A stretch of DNA of 64,000 nucleotides from Escherichia phage skuden. This document shows positions 54,855-63,863 of this stretch, in pieces; positions within the stretch are counted from its first letter, which is position 1, and each line of letters opens with the position of its first letter. A program made the translations under genes and the position numbers. The stretch lies in the sequence record MN850585.1. One strand, given 5' to 3'. The notes under the pieces were generated by a model. That model was not told the origin of the DNA, made no database searches, and saw only the letters and a program-made list of their open reading frames with translations.

Positions 54855-54861
54855 ATTAATT

Positions 54862-54938
54862 TGGTCTCTGTTGGAGGACTTGAACCTCCGGCCTTACCGC
54901 CCCAAACGGAACGCTCTACCAAGCTGAGCTAAACAGAG
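54862..54938 (-). tRNA. tRNA-Pro (anticodon UGG)
   Basis: Acceptor CTCTGTT/AACAGAG, D-arm GCTC/GAGC, anticodon loop TTTGGGG, T-arm GGAGGTTCAAGTCCTCC. Confidence 0.7.
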
Positions 54939-55103
54939 ATAAACTTTTCAAACTCTATGTAACCACTTTAACATTATTTTTTAGTGATTGTCAAGAACTT
55001 TTTTAAAATATTTTTCAGTATCTTAGAAAAGCTCTCGTTTCGTTTCTATGTAGAACATATTAAAGGGTATCAAACACATTGTCAATACCCTTTTTAAAAC
55101 TTT

Positions 55104-56519
55104 TTACCAGATATAGCGGTCAATCATTACTGCTTTGAGCATTACGCTGATTGGGTCAAACTTCTCACCACCAAGCAGAGCTTTTAAAGTGGCTGGAGAG
55201 AAACCAGATACCATTGCTACACCGTTATCCTTAACAGACACTTCGCAAGTACCATTACGGTTTGCTAAGTACCAGAATACCAGTTGTGGCATTTCGTATC
55301 CAGCTTTCTTGTACTTACTCTGAATTGCTTCAAAGTTTGTACGACCGTTAGCTCCATCAACCTGATTGAACTCCATATCGGAGAAGATGATAAGCTTACT
55401 TGGCATATCTTTCTGAGTCAAGTTGTTTCTTTTACCTGTCTCAAGAATACGGTCAAAAGCTGCTTGTAAGTTAGTTGAACCATATTCAACATGACGCATC
55501 ACCTGACGATGACGGTTTCGTAAATCACCACTCAGTTCGATGAAGTGAGGGTTTGTTGAGTAAACCATTAACTCATTCTTAAAGCAACCAGTATTGCGTT
55601 CTGCTACATACAAGGCAAGTGATACACCAATATCCAGAGCAGTAATGGAGCCAAAATTCACCCAAGACATTGAACTTGATACATCAGACATACACAAGAT
55701 GTTTTCACCTTCTGCCATCCAGTTTGGTAGTGCTTTCCACTGCTCATTAGCAACATCTGCATTACCATACTTGACAGATTTAATCACATCGTATGGGTAA
55801 ACAGCACCAGCGTTAATCTTAGTCTCACCTTTTGATAAGGACTCGATGTAAGCTTTGTAACGCTCTCCATCTTTACGGTTAAACAGTTTTTGGTAACGTG
55901 CAGCAGCAAGTGAAGGAATCTTACTGTAGTCAATCTTACCAAACTCATTAGCAGAGATTTTTTGCTCAACTGTATCAGATAGTGCAGACAACAGTGTGCG
56001 GTACTCTTTCTCACTCAAGTTGGCAAACTTGCAGAAACGTTTTACAAACTGCTTATGACGTGGTTTGACTCGTGGTAACCACTTAGCCGCCAAACCTGCT
56101 GTTGCAGGGTCTAGTAATGCTGCTTCTAAATGTTTGAAGGCATCTGTCTCGAAACGAGTACCTACGAAGATTTTGAAGTCATCAAAACGACCAAGTTCTG
56201 CAATCTTATCCATAATGCGAAGAACCTGCGTAGACTCTAAAACTTTGTCTTCAATTGCTTGAAGCAAAACAGTTCTAAAGGCTTTACGCTCACCCATACC
56301 TTCTCGTACATCTCGCATATGAAGCAAAATACGAACTGCAACATCAACATCCTCACGCAAAGCTTTGTAGAACAGGTCTGGTAAGATTTCTACGTTGCTA
56401 CGGCTTGAACCAGCAGCTTTGTAAAAGTCTACAAGAGCAGACATTGATGAAGTATGGTTTACAGCACCATTTTCAGTTCGACCTGCATGAAGGTGCGCAT
56501 GTTTAAATAATTCGCTCAT
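55104..56519 (-). CDS. von Willebrand factor A (vWA) domain protein with MIDAS motif
   Basis: 471 aa; MIDAS DxSxS at CMSDVSSSMS, then GSTNLQ and LIIFSDMEF; helical N-terminal 270 aa of unknown fold. Confidence 0.6.
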   Translation of the reverse strand: MSELFKHAHLHAGRTENGAVNHTSSMSALVDFYKAAGSSRSNVEILPDLFYKALREDVDVAVRILLHMRDVREGMGERKAFRTVLLQAIEDKVLESTQVLRIMDKIAELGRFDDFKIFVGTRFETDAFKHLEAALLDPATAGLAAKWLPRVKPRHKQFVKRFCKFANLSEKEYRTLLSALSDTVEQKISANEFGKIDYSKIPSLAAARYQKLFNRKDGERYKAYIESLSKGETKINAGAVYPYDVIKSVKYGNADVANEQWKALPNWMAEGENILCMSDVSSSMSWVNFGSITALDIGVSLALYVAERNTGCFKNELMVYSTNPHFIELSGDLRNRHRQVMRHVEYGSTNLQAAFDRILETGKRNNLTQKDMPSKLIIFSDMEFNQVDGANGRTNFEAIQSKYKKAGYEMPQLVFWYLANRNGTCEVSVKDNGVAMVSGFSPATLKALLGGEKFDPISVMLKAVMIDRYIW

Positions 56520-56600
56520 ATTTTACTCTCTTCTCTCATTTGTTTGTTGATGTGACAGACTTTAGAGCAACTTTGTAGAGTCTGTCAACACCTTTTAAAA

Positions 56601-56972
56601 TTATTTTTTGAGAGTCGCTACAGCAGAGAACGTTGGTTTGTTATCTGTCTGTTGTTGACCACCATTATCAGGAGTCTTCTTAGTGTCTGCTGCAAGTGCT
56701 TTCATCTCACCTGCTGAGTGGGTAAAGATAGTTTTACCGACATCAATCATACTCTTGATGGTTACGTCATCTGTGTTTAACCCGAACTCTGCAAGCTTAG
56801 CCGCGTCCCTTGTAACAATCGCCTCAAACAGCTTTGCAGCGAACTCAGCAGAATTATCAATGGTCAGTTGAGCTTTTACGAGTGAACTTTTGTTACGAGA
56901 GCCTTTTGGTCTTCCAGATGGGTTTCCAGACTGGCCTTTTTTAAACTGGCCTTTGTTTGTTCTGTTTTTCAT
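56601..56972 (-). CDS. small basic protein with GNPxGRPKG motif
   Basis: 123 aa; N-terminus KGQSGNPSGRPKGSRNK; upstream of and co-oriented with the vWA gene. Confidence 0.5.
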   Translation of the reverse strand: MKNRTNKGQFKKGQSGNPSGRPKGSRNKSSLVKAQLTIDNSAEFAAKLFEAIVTRDAAKLAEFGLNTDDVTIKSMIDVGKTIFTHSAGEMKALAADTKKTPDNGGQQQTDNKPTFSAVATLKK

Positions 56973-57099
56973 TGGTATGCCTCTTATAAGACCTCTTAAA
57001 AGGCTTTTAAGATAAAAGATAGATATCCAGAAAGATATCTGTTTAAATAGCCTTTTTAGAGGAACCTTTTAAGTTATCTTCTAAGTATTTATAAGCCTA

Positions 57100-57123
57100 C
57101 ACCTTGTCAAGTCCTTTGTCAAC
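57100..57123 (+). promoter_or_regulatory. conserved motif CACCTTGTCAAGT plus TTGTCAAC half-site, copy 3 of 3
   Basis: Same architecture as 16591-16614; divergent intergenic region upstream of the plus-strand block starting at 57201. Confidence 0.5.
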
Positions 57124-57200
57124 AACTTTTTTAACTTGCAATAGTTCTTGACTTGTTGTATGGATTACTGTACCATCTTACTTAAAGCTGTAGGTCTGCC

Positions 57201-57383
57201 TTGTTCTACAAAGGAGACTTAATGAGAAAATCAAATAAACCGAAGAAAGGTAAGAATACCAATCACTGTAAGGAATCAAAAAGGGTAGAATTAATCTACT
57301 ATTCATCCTCTGAAATTGGTCTGTACCTGTTCTTTCAAAATTACAGAAGACAAGAGGATTATCTATGTGTAGTTCCCAATTAG
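57201..57383 (+). CDS. hypothetical small basic protein
   Basis: ORF track 60 aa. Confidence 0.35.
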   Translation: MFYKGDLMRKSNKPKKGKNTNHCKESKRVELIYYSSSEIGLYLFFQNYRRQEDYLCVVPN

Positions 57384-57598
57384 AAATCGCAGATATTATA
57401 GATTTATATCAAACTGCAAAGAGTCATGGCTATATAACCTCAATTGGAAAGAATAGTCACTATGATGCTTTGACTGGAATGTATTTCAGGGCAATGGCTC
57501 AATCTAGTGAACAACACTTAGTGGTTTCTTCCAGTGAGTTTACTTCGTTTCTCTATTGCAGCAAAATTATAAATCGCAGGAGAACTGAAAAATGTTAA
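57365..57598 (+). CDS. hypothetical protein
   Basis: ORF track 77 aa. Confidence 0.4.
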   Translation: MCSSQLEIADIIDLYQTAKSHGYITSIGKNSHYDALTGMYFRAMAQSSEQHLVVSSSEFTSFLYCSKIINRRRTEKC

Positions 57599-58182
57599 CA
57601 GTAAGTTTTAATTACAATAGTGACGGCTCTGTATCAATTAACTCACCATATGCAAATGACCTACTTAAAGAGCTAGTCAATCAGTGTGAGAGGGGTCTTC
57701 ACTATGTTCAAAATTCTTTTAAACAGAAGACTATTGCTAATAACTTGATGCGTGTAACAGTGACGGCATCTAATCCAAATTATGACTTTGATAGTGAAAG
57801 TCCGTACTCATTAGTTGCGCTTGGAGAGTCCAGCCAATTCAAACTTGTTTGCCACGACTCAGAAACATTCCTTAAGGTATTTTCCAACCTTATCCATAAT
57901 AATAAGTACAGCTACGTTGATGGTAGTGTAAACTTCTATCCAGCAAACTATACATGTTTGTTGACTGATAATATGAGAAAAAGTAAGCAAGAGCCTACAG
58001 AAATCTCATTTGATGTGAACTCTAGTCCAGACGCAGAAACAAGTAAGAACTTTGATATGAGTTATGCGTTGTCACTCAGTAAGAAATCCGAGTTCATTGA
58101 TTATGTCAATGGATTTGGTTTTAAGTTTGATGAGAGTATGAATCTTAAAAAACTTAAGAACCTACTTAAGACCAAAGCTTAA
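57592..58182 (+). CDS. hypothetical protein
   Basis: ORF track 196 aa. Confidence 0.45.
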   Translation: MLTVSFNYNSDGSVSINSPYANDLLKELVNQCERGLHYVQNSFKQKTIANNLMRVTVTASNPNYDFDSESPYSLVALGESSQFKLVCHDSETFLKVFSNLIHNNKYSYVDGSVNFYPANYTCLLTDNMRKSKQEPTEISFDVNSSPDAETSKNFDMSYALSLSKKSEFIDYVNGFGFKFDESMNLKKLKNLLKTKA

Positions 58183-58229
58183 GTGTGAATAGGGGCTGAT
58201 GCCCCTTTAACTATTTATAAGGATATTTA

Positions 58230-58601
58230 ATGAAAGCTAAGAGTGCAAAAGACTTTTATTGCTTCCTACAATCCTATATCAATTCCGTGCAAAATGGTGA
58301 AAGGTACAGCCTTAATGATGTTATCCCAACACCTTTGACATGGAGACTCAGTAAATGGCCTGAAGAAGATATTACACCAACAAGCAAACAACACACCTAC
58401 AAACCTGAAATCAATATTCCAGACTCTGAGAACCTATTATATCCAATGTTCCATATTGTTGGTCTTGGGAGATTCCTTATGGATATTCAGTATGTAATTG
58501 GTAAAGGTTATAAGGTTAAAGGCATTGTTGTTGGTGATGTATCTCCACACCACAAAGGTTATTTTAGACTAAACGCACATTTAGAGGCTAAAAAGAAATG
58601 A
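58230..58601 (+). CDS. hypothetical protein, paralogous to the N-terminal domain of the next gene
   Basis: Shared pattern K-(A/T)-x-DF...GERY/GKRY...W-(P)-E-(E/A)-DI...FMDLQY/LMDIQY. Confidence 0.5.
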   Translation: MKAKSAKDFYCFLQSYINSVQNGERYSLNDVIPTPLTWRLSKWPEEDITPTSKQHTYKPEINIPDSENLLYPMFHIVGLGRFLMDIQYVIGKGYKVKGIVVGDVSPHHKGYFRLNAHLEAKKK

Positions 58602-59731
58602 TTAAAGCAAAGACTTACCCAGACTTTAAAGAGTTTGTGAAGGGCTTCATTGCAAACGTAAAAGCTGGTAAGAGATATGATTTTAGAGCATATCAAGAGG
58701 CTATTTTACCGCTTACCTATAGTTCGTATTGGCCTGAAGCTGATATTGCAGAAGTTGAGGAGTTTGACTACAAACCAGACTACAAAGTTCCATTTAGTGA
58801 TGAGTTGCTTTACAGCATTGGTGCTCAAATGAGAACTTCTGACTTCTTCATGGACTTACAATATGCAATTATCAATGGTAAAGATGTTGATACAATTTAT
58901 TGTGAATGGCTGGCAAGAGTTAAACCATTCTCAATGTTGAATGCTAAGTTGAAGGATGCTATCAAGCCGCCAGCAATCACTCAGCAGCCAACCAATCAAA
59001 CAGTAAATGAAGGTGGTACGCTTACCCTAAGTGTTGTTGCAACGAATGCCACTGGATATCAATGGAAAAAGGATGGTGAGGATATCACTAGCGCCACATC
59101 TGCAACCTACACAAAACAGTCTGTATTACCTTCTGATGCAGGTTCATACACTTGTGTTGTATCTGGAGAGGCTGGGACAAGTGTTACCTCAGATGCGGCA
59201 ACAGTTACTGTTAATGCACTGCCTGTGATTACACAGCAGCCTTCTGGTCAGACCGTCAATGAGGGTGGAAACATCAACTTGGAAGTGACTGCAACAGGTG
59301 CAACAGGTTACCAATGGAAGAAAGATGGCTCTGACATTCCTTCAGCTACAAATGCTACCTATAGCAAGTCTGGTGCGCTGCCAGCAGATGCAGGTTCATA
59401 CACTTGCGTTGTAACAGGTGCGGGTGGTGCAGTGACATCTAATGCTGCTGTAGTAACTGTGAACGCACTTCCAGTAATCACTCAACAGCCAACCAATCAA
59501 GAAATCACTGAAGGTGAGACCTTAACGCTGAATGTTGCGGCAACAGGTGCGACAGGTTACCAGTGGAAGAAAGGTGAGGAAGACATCCTCGATGCAACTA
59601 CTGCAACTTACACCAAAGAAGGTGCAACTGCTGCTGATGCAGGAAGCTATACATGTGTAGTTACTGGCGCAGGTGGCTCTGTAACATCTAATGCAGCAAC
59701 AGTTACTGTTAACCCAGCAGGGGAGGCATAA
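58598..59731 (+). CDS. protein with three tandem Ig-like domains
   Basis: Three repeats of about 81 aa: ITQQP(T/S)xQ(T/E)...ATGYQWKK...DAGSYTCVV(T/S)G...VTVN. Confidence 0.65.
   Translation: MIKAKTYPDFKEFVKGFIANVKAGKRYDFRAYQEAILPLTYSSYWPEADIAEVEEFDYKPDYKVPFSDELLYSIGAQMRTSDFFMDLQYAIINGKDVDTIYCEWLARVKPFSMLNAKLKDAIKPPAITQQPTNQTVNEGGTLTLSVVATNATGYQWKKDGEDITSATSATYTKQSVLPSDAGSYTCVVSGEAGTSVTSDAATVTVNALPVITQQPSGQTVNEGGNINLEVTATGATGYQWKKDGSDIPSATNATYSKSGALPADAGSYTCVVTGAGGAVTSNAAVVTVNALPVITQQPTNQEITEGETLTLNVAATGATGYQWKKGEEDILDATTATYTKEGATAADAGSYTCVVTGAGGSVTSNAATVTVNPAGEA
58965..59725 (+). repeat. three tandem repeats of about 243 bp encoding the Ig-like domains
   Basis: Repeated blocks ggttaccaatggaag...gcaggttcatacacttg(c/t)gttgta. 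Confidence 0.7.
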
Positions 59732-60195
59732 TGCAACTCTCAAGAAAAGGTTTAGAAGCTATTAAGTTCTTTGAAGGTCTTAAACTAGAGGCTTACGAAG
59801 ATTCTGCTGGAATCCCTACAATTGGGTATGGGACAATCCGTATTGCTGGTAAACCTGTTAAGATGGGTATGAAGATTACCGCTGAACAAGCTGAACAGTA
59901 TCTTCTCGCAGATGTTGAAAAGTTCGTTGCAGCAGTGAACAAATCCATCAAGGTTCCAACTTCCCAGAATGAGTTTGACGCACTTGTAAGTGAAACATAC
60001 AACATTGGCATCACAGCTATGCAAGACTCTACATTTATCAAGCGCCACAACGATGGTAATAAGGTCGGTTGTGCAGAAGCTATGCAGTGGTGGAACAAGG
60101 TTACAGTCAAAGGTAAGAAGGTCACTTCAAACGGCCTGAAAAACAGACGTAGAATGGAAGCTGACATTTATCTTGACAGTGTATATCCAAAGTAA
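59731..60195 (+). CDS. endolysin, T4 lysozyme-like (GH24) muramidase
   Basis: LEAYEDSAGIPTIGYGT matches the GH24 catalytic region (Glu, Asp, then TIGYG); 154 aa. Confidence 0.8.
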   Translation: MQLSRKGLEAIKFFEGLKLEAYEDSAGIPTIGYGTIRIAGKPVKMGMKITAEQAEQYLLADVEKFVAAVNKSIKVPTSQNEFDALVSETYNIGITAMQDSTFIKRHNDGNKVGCAEAMQWWNKVTVKGKKVTSNGLKNRRRMEADIYLDSVYPK

Positions 60196-60203
60196 TATCT
60201 TCA

Positions 60204-60232
60204 TAGGCTCCTTCGGGAGCCTTTTTATTTTT
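60204..60232 (+). terminator. rho-independent terminator after the endolysin gene
   Basis: AGGCTCC-TTCG-GGAGCCT followed by TTTTTATTTTT. Confidence 0.75.
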
Positions 60233-60246
60233 CTAAGGAGAAAACT

Positions 60247-60645
60247 ATGAGACTTTGGGCTAGTGACTTTGGAACTTTTAAGTACACTCGTAATGGCTCG
60301 CTTGTACGCATTGTCGGGAACAATGTGGTTTCAAGAGGTGACAAGGTATATACACGGTTTACTGTAGAGCTTGTTGAGCTGTCACCTATTGAGTCTGTGA
60401 ACAATGGCCTGTTCAAGTTTGAGACTTACAATGTCAACGAACATGGACAATTCAACCCTCTTGGTGAAAGTGGACTTGATATTATTTCAGAGCACCCATT
60501 GACAAAAGAGCAACTCGCAAGTTATTATAAAACTGTTCTGGAAAGGCAGTTAGCAACACATGAACAAGAAGCTAACTATCATTTACAACATTGCGAAGCT
60601 TTAAGAGCAAAAATCGAACAAGCAGAGAGAGGTTTTTATGAATAA
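60247..60645 (+). CDS. hypothetical protein
   Basis: ORF track 132 aa. Confidence 0.45.
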   Translation: MRLWASDFGTFKYTRNGSLVRIVGNNVVSRGDKVYTRFTVELVELSPIESVNNGLFKFETYNVNEHGQFNPLGESGLDIISEHPLTKEQLASYYKTVLERQLATHEQEANYHLQHCEALRAKIEQAERGFYE

Positions 60646-61033
60646 TATCAGTCAGATTAAAGTTAAAGTTGATGTTAGTCGTTACAGTGGAGATGAAGAA
60701 TTAGACCTGCGAGATGCGATTCTCTATGAGAAGAATGGTAATCTGCATTTACATTTTGAAGGCACAAACACATATCTACACAGATGTCGAGATGATGTAG
60801 ATGGTTGTCCTGTTTTTGCTTGGTATAATTTAGAGTTTCCTCTTTATGCAATCCACTATCCAGATGGTGGAGAAGACTGGACAACTCAATCAATCTTTGA
60901 TGAGCTTAATGGTGTTCCAGTTGAGCAAGAAGAGCAAGAACCTGTTGAACTCACCTTCACTTTTATCAAAGAAGAGAAAGTAGGTGACTTGTCAGTAACT
61001 GAAGCAATTCAAGTCTCACAGGTTATTCGTTAA
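60638..61033 (+). CDS. hypothetical protein
   Basis: ORF track 131 aa, start overlaps upstream stop. Confidence 0.45.
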   Translation: MNNISQIKVKVDVSRYSGDEELDLRDAILYEKNGNLHLHFEGTNTYLHRCRDDVDGCPVFAWYNLEFPLYAIHYPDGGEDWTTQSIFDELNGVPVEQEEQEPVELTFTFIKEEKVGDLSVTEAIQVSQVIR

Positions 61034-61326
61034 TGAGTAAAGTACAGGTTGTTTTCCCTATTTGTGACTTCTCACTAGAGCGTGAACTTGACCTGTACGA
61101 AGAAATTACTGACGAAATTATCTGGTCTGTTGTAGAAGAGGCTATCAAGAAGCTGTATGGTGGCCTCTTAAACCCATCAAGTAAGAAGTTAAGCACTAAA
61201 CAAGTAGCTGACACATATACTTCTTATGATGCCTACAACAAACCTTTTGAAAATACCTGCTTTGACCTTATGGTAGGTAATAACAAAGTCAACTATTTCT
61301 TCGTCAGAGAGTTTAACGATGAGTAA
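61033..61326 (+). CDS. hypothetical protein
   Basis: ORF track 97 aa. Confidence 0.45.
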   Translation: MSKVQVVFPICDFSLERELDLYEEITDEIIWSVVEEAIKKLYGGLLNPSSKKLSTKQVADTYTSYDAYNKPFENTCFDLMVGNNKVNYFFVREFNDE

Positions 61327-61663
61327 GCTCCATGTCACAGTATACAAAAACTTCTCAGATATCAAAGAGTCTTTAACAAATAAGCTTGACTTACAACGTA
61401 AAAGACTCTTTTTAATGTACGACATAGACAACTACAACCATCCTAAAGAGTTTAACTACAAAGATGGTACAAAGGTTGTCGAATTTGAAGATTCTGTGAC
61501 GGTGTATGTCAAGCATGACTTACCAGCAAAGTACATAGGGATGTTAGAGTATTACATATTCAAACATACAGGTATGCGTGGTGAAGCTGTCAAGATATCT
61601 TCTATAGAAGTTTTTGAGAAACCTAACACACAACTTAAAAAGTATTTAATGAGGAAACTGTAA
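61319..61663 (+). CDS. hypothetical protein
   Basis: ORF track 114 aa. Confidence 0.45.
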   Translation: MSKLHVTVYKNFSDIKESLTNKLDLQRKRLFLMYDIDNYNHPKEFNYKDGTKVVEFEDSVTVYVKHDLPAKYIGMLEYYIFKHTGMRGEAVKISSIEVFEKPNTQLKKYLMRKL

Positions 61664-62244
61664 TGTCCGAAGAGCAACAGGATATCATTCCACAAGTAAC
61701 ACTTGTACAACACTTTGGAAATATTGAAGGGTGTGTTGCACTTTTTCAACCAAGCATCAACTCTCCTGCAAAAGTTTGCAAGCTGACTATGAATGTTAAC
61801 AACATCAGTGTTTGCCTTGTTGATGAAGTTCAGTACTTCAAGTTTAATGACAGAGAGGTTGATGCTGCACTATTGAAGTACCGAGCAAACCTAGAAAAAG
61901 ACATCGACCACAAAGAACTTGTAACACTGTTTGGTGACCTTCACAAACTTCTTGAAAAAGTTATGAAGCGCACATATTACATGAACAATGGTTCAATCAT
62001 CACCACTTTGATTTCACCATGTATTTCAGAGCCAATTTTAACTGATGACGGTGGATACTACGTGGTAGCATCAGCAGATTCTGATTGGTGGATGAAGAAC
62101 ACAGCACTTAAAACAGTGATTGAGGCTATCCGTGAACACATTCCTTCATTCAGCCCGTGGAAAGGTAAAAATGATGATTTTATCGCACTATTGAGTGAAG
62201 AGAGTAACAAGCGCAGTGCATTACTGCCTAAAAAATACTCTTGA
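61663..62244 (+). CDS. hypothetical protein
   Basis: ORF track 193 aa. Confidence 0.45.
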   Translation: MSEEQQDIIPQVTLVQHFGNIEGCVALFQPSINSPAKVCKLTMNVNNISVCLVDEVQYFKFNDREVDAALLKYRANLEKDIDHKELVTLFGDLHKLLEKVMKRTYYMNNGSIITTLISPCISEPILTDDGGYYVVASADSDWWMKNTALKTVIEAIREHIPSFSPWKGKNDDFIALLSEESNKRSALLPKKYS

Positions 62245-62327
62245 CCGAGTATACAAAACTGATTATGATGGGAGCTATCGAGAGGTAGTTCCCTTTTTAG
62301 TTTCTAGATAAGAGACATGGTAAAAGA

Positions 62328-62546
62328 ATGAAAAAGTTAACTACAGTTGAAGATTACTACAAACTTTCCCTGTTAGAACAGTATCGTAGAAGCCAGAATA
62401 TCAGAAAATGCTATGGTAAACACGCTGAAGGTGACTTTTACCGTTGCTACGATGCAGATTTAAAAGGCGTAACACCTAGAGGGAAAGTCCTGCAAAGACT
62501 TGTTGACCTTGAATGGAACAAACGATTGAGAGGGGTTGGAAAATGA
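62328..62546 (+). CDS. hypothetical protein
   Basis: ORF track 72 aa. Confidence 0.4.
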   Translation: MKKLTTVEDYYKLSLLEQYRRSQNIRKCYGKHAEGDFYRCYDADLKGVTPRGKVLQRLVDLEWNKRLRGVGK

Positions 62547-63046
62547 TTTACGAAGAAAGATACAAAATAGATTACCAGAAGACTGGTCATCATGTCTCCC
62601 TAAGAGTAACCAAACCAAATGGAGATACCGGTATCATAGCACATTTTGGTGGTGATTACTGGTACGGTACAGGATGCTTTGAAGGTTACAATCAAGAATA
62701 CTTGAAAGCTTTCTACAGAGACTTTACAAATGACTACAATAGGGTTGTTGATGAAAAGAATAAGTGCATTAAGCATGAACACCGTGCCAGAGGCTGCCTA
62801 AGTATTGCTATGGTACTGGCGTTCTTCTTAGCAATGTTACTGACAGTATCAGCAATTAGCTGCATAGCTCAAGACTTGACCATTACACAGATTACTGCAA
62901 AGGTACATGATGTTTGGTACTTGTATGCTGTTCCTTTAGCTGGTATCATCATCTCACTAATGAGGTTCAGAGTTCATAAGAAACGACTTAAGGACTCTGA
63001 GGTTAAACTTGAAGAGGTAAGTAAAGAATGCAACCTACAATTATAG
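62513..63046 (+). CDS. hypothetical membrane protein
   Basis: TM segments LSIAMVLAFFLAMLLTVSAISCIA and YLYAVPLAGIIISL. Confidence 0.45.
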   Translation: MEQTIERGWKMIYEERYKIDYQKTGHHVSLRVTKPNGDTGIIAHFGGDYWYGTGCFEGYNQEYLKAFYRDFTNDYNRVVDEKNKCIKHEHRARGCLSIAMVLAFFLAMLLTVSAISCIAQDLTITQITAKVHDVWYLYAVPLAGIIISLMRFRVHKKRLKDSEVKLEEVSKECNLQL

Positions 63047-63122
63047 CTGTATGTGTTCGTTTTGCAATCGCTGAAATGATTAACAAGGCAATCTTAAAAG
63101 ATGCCTATGGAGAGACTAAGTA

Positions 63123-63347
63123 ATGATTAAGACACCTGTACCAATTTTTGGATTTCCTTCTATAGAAGAGTTTAAAGTTTATCTTGACAAAAACTTCTAC
63201 AACGAGCAGCCTGTTACTTTGCTGAAGAGTGACTTATCAGAGCTTCTTGATATGGTTATTAAGGCAACTCCTGAGAAGGAACCTGAACAGAAAGCTGAGA
63301 AGAAGACTAGTAAGAAATCCGATAAGAAGACTGAAAAGTCTGAGTAA
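63123..63347 (+). CDS. hypothetical protein with Lys/Glu-rich tail
   Basis: 74 aa; C-terminal PEKEPEQKAEKKTSKKSDKKTEKSE. Confidence 0.4.
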   Translation: MIKTPVPIFGFPSIEEFKVYLDKNFYNEQPVTLLKSDLSELLDMVIKATPEKEPEQKAEKKTSKKSDKKTEKSE

Positions 63348-63398
63348 TAACTTAGGGGTTACTTGATAGCCCCTTTGTAGAGCTTAGAAGGTAGCGAA

Positions 63399-63863
63399 AT
63401 GAAAATTAAAGAAGTCGTTCAAAAAGCAATGCTTGACAACTCAACTAAAGATGAAATGTACAAAGAGATTTGTGATAAGTTGAATTGTTCAAGACATGCT
63501 GCTAAGGCTCTTGTACATTGCTTTATCTGGGAATGCTCAGAAGCTTATATGCAATATGTAGCTTTTGAAAGTTCTCACTTACTAGGTGATGTAGAAGTTG
63601 GTGAGAAACTAAAAGAACCTGAGATGAAAACAGTTCCTAAAGTTGGTAATGTATACCCTCTTAAAGATTTCAAGACTGGAAAGATTGTTGCAAAAGGTGT
63701 AGTAGAATCTGTCTACCATGATGGTAAATACTTACTTAAAATATTTGAGTATGACAGCCACTATAAGCACTTATGTGGGATTACATTCTTAGTAACAGAA
63801 GAAGACCTTATTAAGAACAACAGCAACAAGTTTGCAGTACCAGCCTACCAAGTTTTACGATAA
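63399..63863 (+). CDS. hypothetical protein
   Basis: ORF track 154 aa. Confidence 0.45.
   Translation: MKIKEVVQKAMLDNSTKDEMYKEICDKLNCSRHAAKALVHCFIWECSEAYMQYVAFESSHLLGDVEVGEKLKEPEMKTVPKVGNVYPLKDFKTGKIVAKGVVESVYHDGKYLLKIFEYDSHYKHLCGITFLVTEEDLIKNNSNKFAVPAYQVLR

Noticed and set aside
53502-54859. Plus-strand ORFs 53502-53807, 53893-54123 and 54608-54859 in the ORF track
   Set aside because: They run antisense through minus-strand tRNA genes and spacers; their translations are just tRNA sequence read as protein.
55065-55100. Hairpin GGGTAT..ATACCC followed by TTTTTAAAAC on the plus strand, considered as a terminator
   Set aside because: T-run is on the plus strand but no plus-strand gene lies upstream; on the minus strand (vWA gene) the downstream U-run is weak. 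Left as unassigned structure.
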